DNA of 63,634 bases, counting the filler, from Octopus bimaculoides (Eukaryota): the NCBI RefSeq assembly GCF_001194135.2. It is 4 parts of 4 records of this genome, joined end to end, with 100 filler letters (N's around TTAATTAATTAA, not from the genome) between each part and the next. Parts side by side here need not be neighbours in the genome. Positions count along the whole stretch, not along the records: positions 45,105 to 61,268 come from NC_068981.1; positions 61,369 to 63,634 come from NW_026336239.1; 2 more parts are not named here. One strand, 5' to 3'. Position 1 is the first letter of the stretch. Each line of letters begins with the position of its first letter. Below are positions 54,755 through 63,634 of the stretch, piece after piece. The translations under genes and the position numbers were made by a program. The notes under the pieces were generated by a model that saw only the letters and a list, made by a program, of their open reading frames with translations, did no database searches and had not been told where the DNA came from.

Positions 54755-56269
54755 NNNNNNNNNNNNNNNNNNNNNNNNNNNNNNNNNNNNNNNNNNNNNN
54801 NNNNNNNNNNNNNNNNNNNNNNNNNNNNNNNNNNNNNNNNNNNNNNNNNNNNNNNNNNNNNNNNNNNNNNNNNNNNNNNNNNNNNNNNNNNNNNNNNNNN
54901 NNNNNNNNNNNNNNNNNNNNNNNNNNNNNNNNNNNNNNNNNNNNNNNNNNNNNNNNNNNNNNNNNNNNNNNNNNNNNNNNNNNNNNNNNNNNNNNNNNNN
55001 NNNNNNNNNNNNNNNNNNNNNNNNNNNNNNNNNNNNNNNNNNNNNNNNNNNNNNNNNNNNNNNNNNNNNNNNNNNNNNNNNNNNNNNNNNNNNNNNNNNN
55101 NNNNNNNNNNNNNNNNNNNNNNNNNNNNNNNNNNNNNNNNNNNNNNNNNNNNNNNNNNNNNNNNNNNNNNNNNNNNNNNNNNNNNNNNNNNNNNNNNNNN
55201 NNNNNNNNNNNNNNNNNNNNNNNNNNNNNNNNNNNNNNNNNNNNNNNNNNNNNNNNNNNNNNNNNNNNNNNNNNNNNNNNNNNNNNNNNNNNNNNNNNNN
55301 NNNNNNNNNNNNNNNNNNNNNNNNNNNNNNNNNNNNNNNNNNNNNNNNNNNNNNNNNNNNNNNNNNNNNNNNNNNNNNNNNNNNNNNNNNNNNNNNNNNN
55401 NNNNNNNNNNNNNNNNNNNNNNNNNNNNNNNNNNNNNNNNNNNNNNNNNNNNNNNNNNNNNNNNNNNNNNNNNNNNNNNNNNNNNNNNNNNNNNNNNNNN
55501 NNNNNNNNNNNNNNNNNNNNNNNNNNNNNNNNNNNNNNNNNNNNNNNNNNNNNNNNNNNNNNNNNNNNNNNNNNNNNNNNNNNNNNNNNNNNNNNNNNAA
55601 TTTTTATTTTCTTTCTTCATGCATTGTATTAACACTAATTTAAATGTTGTTTTCTGTAAGTCTACCAATTCTATTATCTGATTTCGCCATTGCTGTTTAC
55701 ATTTTCGATACAAACTAAGATCAGCTATTTTTTCATTGCCCTCTGTTTATCGGAAGTCTAGTCTATCTTTTCGATGACAATATTATATACATACGATGTT
55801 AGCTTATTCAAATTGATTTGCAAGCGTTGCTTCATTGGAACTTTTAATTAAACATGTTGGACCTTATTTTTTGACAATGCAATGGGCGATTGCCTTTCTT
55901 TGGTAATGTTATCATCGCAAGCTTATATGTGGCGTCATTCTACTGCTTACCAGATATTGTTACAATTGTTTATGTAAGCAAATTCATTGTGGCGTTCCAT
56001 CCATTCTTCAAGAACTCTAATGGAGTGTTGTTTATAAGATAAGATATTCTCATACAAATTCTGTTCACGTACACTGCAGATTATATGTACTTCTACAAAT
56101 GTTTCACTGGGAAATTCTGCAAACCGCTCTGGGAACCATCATGTGGTCGTCCAACCTACTAGAAAGAACAGCTAAGTATGCCCCGAATAACACCTGTTGT
56201 GTTTAAATGGTGGGGCAGAACATGATGGATGATGTATTGAAAAAAATATGCCTTTTGTATAAAAGACGG

Positions 56270-56480
56270 GCAGAATTATCTTTAGGACGGCGAGCTGACA
56301 GAATTGTTAGCAGGTCGGAGAAAATGCTTAGCAGCATTGATTCCAGCTCTTTACGTTCTGAGTTCAAATACGCGCCGAAGTTAACTTTGCTTTTCATCTT
56401 TTCGGTGTCGATAAAATAAACCGCCAGTAAATTACTAGGGTCGATGTAATCCAATTGTCCCCTCACGTCAAAATTACTGG
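56270..56480 (+). mobile_element. (ATT)n-tailed SINE copy (another at ~62760-62940 on minus)
   Basis: gacggcgagctgacagaattgttagc...ttctgagttcaaatacgcgccgaagttaactttgcttttcatcttttcggtgtcgataaaataa. Confidence 0.8.
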
Positions 56481-57635
56481 TGTTTGACTCTGCAATGGAC
56501 TGGCATCCCATTCAAGAGAAATGATATGATCTCGGTCACTTATACGCTACGGAAACCGGGTAACCAGCCTTATGAGTACTAGGGATTAAGAAAAGAAGCG
56601 GCTGTGTGGTAAGTAGCTTTCTTACCAACCATATGGTTCCTGGTTCAGTCCGATTGCGTGGCACCATGGGCAAATGTCTTCTCCTATAGCCTCGGGCCAA
56701 CTAAAACCTTGTGAGTGGAGTTGGTAGACGGAAACTAAAAGAAACCCGTCGTATATATGTGTGTGTATGTGTGTGTGTGTGTGTGCGTGTGTGTGTGTGT
56801 GNNNNNNNNNNTGTGTTGTGTGTTTGGTGAGTACTGTATGTGGTGTGTGTGTGTGTGTGTGTCTGTGTCTGTGTTTGTCCTCCCACTATCACTTGACAAC
56901 CGACGTTAGTGTGTTTACGTCTCCGTAACTAAGCAGTTCGGCAAGAGAACCGATATAATTAGCACTAGGCTTACGAAGAATAAGTCCTGGGGTCGATTTG
57001 TCCGACTAAAGACGGTGTTCCAGTATGGTCGCAGTCAAATGACTGAAACAAATAAAAGACTAAAAGAATAAACGAATAAAAAAAAAGCGATTGACCATGG
57101 CTGGAATGCTATTTGATCGTAAATTTGTACGATCATTATTAACTTGTGGTTAAGAAATATCAAGTACGAAATCCTCATCCACTTCTGATTTCGTTTCTTC
57201 TAAATCTTCAGAAATTCTGCCATCTTGTTTTTTTAGTTATACAATTTCATTCGTTGTTTTATTTTGATGACATCGACTTTTTTCTTTTTTCTTTTTTTTG
57301 CAATCTGCAGCTTTTGACATAAATGTCTTCAATACTTTTTATTTATATTTTTTTTTTACTTTAAAAGTTTTCTAATATCATTTTGTTTATCTTCTACTAT
57401 TTTTTTTCATTCGTCTAATATTTCTTTATTATTTGCAGTGATTTTCGTCTATTGCTACCATTATATTGCTCAGGCTTTCTATCACGATGGGTGACAGAAC
57501 TGACAGAACATCCGATAACTACCTAAATGTATTGTTTATTGCACTCAAACTGGCAATCACGCACAAACACCCACACATACATGCACACGACTACATGTTT
57601 ATATAAGTGTGCGTGTGTATACACACAGACACACT

Positions 57636-57689
<54 letters not shown>

Positions 57690-57820
57690 CAAAAGTAAAT
57701 GAGTATATGCATATATACGTACAGGTATGTGCATACCGACATCCACCTGTATGTATAGGTGCATATCTGGGTACAGGNNNNNNNNNNNNNNNNNNNNNNN
57801 NNNNNNNNNNNNNNNNNNNN

Positions 57821-57943
<123 letters not shown>

Positions 57944-58723
57944 TCTGCAAGGGTCTCGGTCACAATTTCCGGCGATGGGCATTCAGCTGTTCGCCCGCCC
58001 GAACTACTCGTTGACCTATATCGTTTGTGGATGAGTATTCCGCAGGTACGTGCACTTTTCATACGAAATCAGTGTGTGGTAAGGCTGGACCTTTAAATTA
58101 CCTGTACAATCCATCCGACGAGCTTCCAAACAGTTTCCATCTACTGGATTTCACTCATAAGATATGGGTCGACCCGAGGTTACAGAAAACAGCATTTGCC
58201 CAAGATACCACCTTTTACTTTTTACTGTATATTTGTTTCAGGCATTGGACTGCAGCCATTCTGGAGCACTTTCTTGAAGGGTTTAATCGAACAAATCGAG
58301 TATTTTAAAGCCTGGTACTTATTCTATCGGTCTCTTATTCTATTGGTCTCACTAAGTTACAACGGCCTAAACAAAACTACACCGGTTTTCCAGCGGTAGA
58401 TGGAACGAACACAAAGGCACACACACACACATGCATACATACACACACATATATGTGTATGTATGTGTGTGTGCGTGTGTGAATAGAACAGATAAGAGAA
58501 ATAAGCCGAGAAAACAGATTTTGTTTACAGCTGTTTCATAATCTCGTAAGTTATATAATGGATATTACATCAACATTCACAGTGAAAGTTTATCCTAATC
58601 TCAAACTCTGTCATTAAAGATGTGATAAACTCTTTCTTTGTCTTCTTATCTGTTGCAAAATGATCGCAAAACTGTTACTCAGAGTTTCACGTTCCTGTTC
58701 GTCGGACGGCTGTGATGAATACG

Positions 58724-58754
<31 letters not shown>

Positions 58755-59619
58755 TGTATGCATGTATGTATAATGACCAGTTACAATTATTTCTGCACGA
58801 ACTCTGTTTCAACGTCAATTTACGTAAAAGTTCCATGTGAACATTTGCGTAGTATTTACAGTTTTATATTCATACAAATATATGTATAAGGCCCGGGTAA
58901 GGAAGAAAGATGGCCAATGCAGCACTCAACCTGAGTTTTAGGCTTCTTTACAGCATGACACACACCTAAGACATCAAGCACATATGATGTCATTATATAG
59001 TCATTATGTAAGTTTTAGGCGTCTTGAAACAGCTGTTAGATAATTCTTCTGTTTTGTTTTCTTTTTTGCAATCTATATTTTGTACTCCATGGAAATATAC
59101 GTACAGGTGTTTTTCAANNNNNNNNNNNNNNNNNNNNNNNNNNNNNNNNNNNNNNNNNNNNNNNNNNNNNNNNNNNNNNNNNNNNNNNNNNNNNNNNNNN
59201 NNNNNNNNNNNNNNNNNNNNNNNNNNNNNNNNNNNNNNNNNNNNNNNNNNNNNNNNNNNNNNNNNNNNNNNNNNNNNNNNNNNNNNNNNNNNNNNNNNNN
59301 NNNNNNNNNNNNNNNNNNNNNNNNNNNNNNNNNNNNNNNNNNNNNNNNNNNNNNNNNNNNNNNNNNNNNNNNNNNNNNNNNNNNNNNNNNNNNNNNNNNN
59401 NNNNNNNNNNNNNNNNNNNNNNNNNNNNNNNNNNNNNNNNNNNNNNNNNNNNNNNNNNNNNTTTTTCAAGAACCGAAACATGTAAAATATCTCTGAGAAA
59501 ATTATAAATTAAAATTTATTTTATATAGTGGCGTTTTCAAACTTCTTTATATATATATATATATTAATAAGTATTAATAACACCCAAAAGAATGTGCTTT
59601 TTTCCACTCACCAAAGTGA

Positions 59620-60050
59620 ATAGAGCCTTGACCAGCAGGAACCGATGTCATTAGACGATATCCAACGTCCATCGCGTGTTTCGACCCTGAACCGTAACAC
59701 CCTTCCATTGGTGGGTCAGCAGAGGTGGCCAAATCACAGCTCCTCATCTCCTAGCTTCCTGCTTAACTCCTCTCTCTTGCTCCACAACCAATAAGAGGCT
59801 ATTTCAGCTGCCTCTCAGATCCTGTGCCGAGCCACTCTTCGCTCCTTTTCTCTTATTCCGATGGCTGTAAGCCTCCTCTATGCTGACTGGGCAGGGAACC
59901 CTTTACAGCTAACCTCGACTGAGAAAGGCCATAACTGCCATCCTTTCTCCCTGCAACCCTGCAGAAAGCTCTCAGACTTTGTGCGCTTGTTTCAATTCGT
60001 GGGCCTGATCACACCCTTCCTAGTCACAAGAGCATTCGCTTTCTGCTAGC
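59620..60050 (-). pseudogene. 3' end (RLE domain and 3' UTR) of a HERO-like non-LTR retrotransposon
   Basis: The minus strand reads ...FLQGCREKGWQLWPFSVEVSCKGFPAQSA*RRLTAIGIREKERRVARHRI*EAAEIASYWLWSKREE, matching the HERO C-terminal pattern C..KGW...FPVEVGCRGFPAQS.WR.L..LG.......AAE.AS.WLW.RRE. Confidence 0.8.
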
Positions 60051-60463
60051 TCGGATTCTAATATTTTGTCGAGATCTTGGTCTACTTCCTTCACTTCATA
60101 TACACACGATGAGGTTTCATATTGTTTCAGTCTACCAGATTCACTTAAAATACATTAGTCGGCTCGAGCTATAGAGAAAACATTTGCTCAAGATGCCGTG
60201 TAACGGGATAAAGCCCCAAACCATGTGATTGTTAAAGCCATGCTACGGAATCGAAATTGAAACCTACTGATAACGAATCAGACTTTTTAAGCACTCGGCC
60301 ATACTGCAGTAATTCTACTGTAAGAAAGAATTTCGTTAAAAAAAAAATATAAAAAAAGGAAAAACAAAAATATTTTCTGAAAATATTTGTACTTCATAGC
60401 AGTATCAGTTACTACCATCCGCCTTTCACTATTATTTGTTTATCATTATTATTATTATTATTA

Positions 60464-60497
<34 letters not shown>

Positions 60498-63400
60498 GTT
60501 ATAGTCGCTGTAGTTGTATTTGTTCTTGGTACTGCTGGTATTGTTGTTGTTGATGATGTTGTATTGAATATGTCGGTGCTGTTGTTGTTGTTTTAATTAT
60601 TTTTCTTGTCGTCGTTGTTATCGTTGTTATTGTTGTTGTTGCTGTTGTTGTTGCGCAACCGTCCGGCATTTTTCATTTTCTTTCTCAGTGTCAGAAACCG
60701 GATACCGCAGTTGTAACAAAAAACAGTCCTGCCACAGGAAAACAGAATCTGGTCGGAGAGGAAGGATGACGAGGAAGGATGACGAGGAAGGAAACGAAGA
60801 AATTCAGAAGGAAGGAAAGAAAGAAAGAAACAAAGAAACAAAGAAACAAATAACAAGAACAAACAAACAAACAAACAATGAAACAAAAGACGAAAGAAAA
60901 AAAAAGAAAGGAAAATAAGATAAAGAGAATGAAAGAAAAGAATGAAGATTTAAACACGAAAAGAACAAAAAAGAAAAAAAAGAAAATAAAGGAAGGACAG
61001 AAGGAAGGAAGGATCTAAAATACTGATAAACCTAATGATGATTGGAACGCAGAAGAAAAGAACAAATAAAGCAATGAAAAAGAAAAACAATGAGGGCAGG
61101 CATGGCTATAGGGTTTAGAGGCTCGCTTTCCAACCACGTAGTTTCGAGTTCGGTCCCATGGGGCAGCACCTTTGGTATGTGCTTTCAACTGTATCTCTGC
61201 ATCAACTAATGTTTTTTTTTAGTTAATTTGGTAAATGGGAACTGCGTAGAAACACGTCGTGTGTGTGANNNNNNNNNNNNNNNNNNNNNNNNNNNNNNNN
61301 NNNNNNNNNNNNTTAATTAATTAANNNNNNNNNNNNNNNNNNNNNNNNNNNNNNNNNNNNNNNNNNNNACCTTGTGAAGGGAATTGTGGGTCGCAAACTG
61401 TGTAGAAGCCCATCGGGTGAATTGTACTTGTAATTCAAAGTGCTAGGTTTGTCACATTCTGTATCACGTTGTGTTCACAACGGAATTAAATCTAAGAGTT
61501 CTATGTTTGCGGAATGAGTAATTAATCAAACTGATGAAGGAAGTAGACTACTCATCATCGACATCGACGGAGATCCATCAATTTTCTCGAATATATAATT
61601 CTAATTTTTATCTTGTTTCAGTTATTGGAGGACAGCCATTGTGTGTTAGTGGCATGAAGGCGATCAGTCGAGCAAATCGACCATAGTACATATTTAAAAA
61701 AAAGTCTGGGTGTCATTGTATTAGCCTCTTTTTCCGAACCGCTAAGTTATGGTAGAATAAAGAAACCAATACGGTTGTCGAACAAATCGATACCAGTTCT
61801 TATTGCTTTGTTAAAATCTGGTACTTATTCTATCGGAATCTTTTGCCGAACATTACGGTAGCGTAAACAAACCAACACCGGCTGTCAAGCAGTGGTGTTG
61901 CAAGTATGAGGATTACGGGCCAGTACAGGCGGTATATTTTGCAGCCGCTTTTCTCCTTTACCTTGCACTCCTAAGCCTGTTTATATATTTATATATATAT
62001 ATATATATATATNNNNNNNNNNNNNNNNNNNNNNNNNNNNNNNNNNNNNNNNNNNNNNNNNNNNNNNNNNNNNNNNNNNNNNNNNNNNNNNNNNNNNNNN
62101 NNNNNNNNNNNNNNNNNNNNNNNNNNNNNNNNNNNNNNNNNNNNNNNNNNNNNNNNNNNNNNNNNNNNNNNNNNNNNNNNNNNNNNNNNNNNNNNNNNNN
62201 NNNNNNNNNNNNNNNNNNNNNNNNNNNNNNNNNNNNNNNNNNNNNNNNNNNNNNNNNNNNNNNNNNNNNNNNNNNNNNNNNNNNNNNNNNNNNNNNNNNN
62301 NNNNNNNNNNNNNNNNNNNNNNNNNNNNNNNNNNNNNNNNNNNNNNNNNNNNNNNNNNNNNNNNNNNNNNNNNNNNNNNNNNNNNNNNNNNNNNNNNNNN
62401 NNNNNNNNNNNNNNNNNNNNNNNNNNNNNNNNNNNNNNNNNNNNNNNNNNNNNNNNNNNNNNNNNNNNNNNNNNNNNNNNNNNNNNNNNNNNNNNNNNNN
62501 NNNNNNNNNNNNNNNNNNNNNNNNNNNNNNNNNNNNNNNNNNNNNNNNNNNNNNNNNNNNNNNNNNNNNNNNATGGGTAATATTATATGTTTCAGTGAGA
62601 TAAAATTATATATACAAGAAGGAATTAAATAAAAAAAAAGAAAAGAAAGCAATTTTGAAATAAAAGAAAGAGTGCGTAGATCAAAATACGTATTGGTTTT
62701 CAACTGTTTTTTATATCTGTGTATATAAAACACAACAAACCATAGACAGGAAAGTTTGGCAATCAAATAAGGCCTGTGTATACAATATATTAGTTTCAAA
62801 TTTTGGAAGAAGGTTAGCAGTTTTGTTGGTGGGGATGAAGTAAGTCGATTACATCAACCCCAGTGTTTCACTGGTACTTAATTTATCGACCCCGAAAGGC
62901 GAAATCGACCTCAGCGGAATTTCAACTAAGAACGCAAAGACGCTTCACACATAATTACGACGCCTCACACACACTCACACACATATATAAATATATGTAT
63001 CACGGGCTTCCCCACAGTATCCATTATTTGGCTTAGGGGTTATTTGTCAAAGATGCCGCTCGGAGGGACTGAACCTGAAATCGCCTGGTTGCAAATTGAG
63101 GTTTTTTAACTACACGGCTATCTATGTCTGCCTCTAATACGGAATATATTCGAATGTAGACGAAAGAAATATATATAAAAAAAATAATAAAAAAATTAAA
63201 AACTAGTGGAGGGTGTCTATAACTACCAAAAGCTTTCCTAATGTTTAACTCTGACGTAAACAGAACCAAACAAGCCCCACATCACCTAAACAACAACAAC
63301 AACAACAACAGCAACAACAATACGAATTCCCACCGACGAATTCTTTGAGAATCTTTTTGAAGAATCATCAGTTCAAAGGCGTAAATATATAAGTAAATAA

Positions 63401-63634
63401 AGAAATAAATAATAGAAACACCCAGAATTCAATCAGTAAACAGCAGACTAAAGTCTATAAACACAGATAGTCACTATTTATACGTTTCCACGAAATAACA
63501 ACAACAACAGGGGTATCAATAACAGCTGAACGTACCATAACCTATCGCAATATAGAATTCTGTATTTTTACGTCTGGAAGATAAAAAAATTTTGTTGTTG
63601 TTTTTTGTACGTTTTTCTGCCATAACTTCCATAA

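Noticed and set aside
63270-63385. Plus-strand poly-Q frame (SPKQQQQQQQQQQYEFPPTNSLRIF)
   Set aside because: It is built on a (CAA)n repeat with weak splice sites and no recognisable homology.

Overview
AT-rich, microsatellite-saturated, gapped eukaryotic draft sequence. The repeat landscape suggests an octopus genome, which is my inference and not checked. Two spliced genes lie on the minus strand. (1) A Dbx homeobox gene: homeobox exon 21117-21316, a frame-compatible upstream exon 22571-22771 and a probable 42-nt micro-exon 24552-24593. The exon encoding homeodomain helix 3 and the first exon are not visible and probably sit in gaps or were not recognised. (2) The first coding exon (4766-4941) of a probable TBC1D10-family Rab-GAP, with a candidate ETS/NRF1/CCAAT promoter near 7.95 kb. 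The rest is mostly SINEs, decayed non-LTR retrotransposons (Tx1/L1-like, R4/Dong-like and HERO-like), small DNA-transposon derivatives and simple repeats. Almost all ORFs in the supplied track are microsatellite or N-gap artefacts. I found no convincing new multi-gene system. The most interesting unexplained structures are a near-perfect 78-bp-arm hairpin bracketed by a direct repeat, a perfect 39-bp palindrome, RLE LINE copies that all start at (CATA)n tracts, and an inverted SINE pair immediately behind the Dbx homeobox splice donor.
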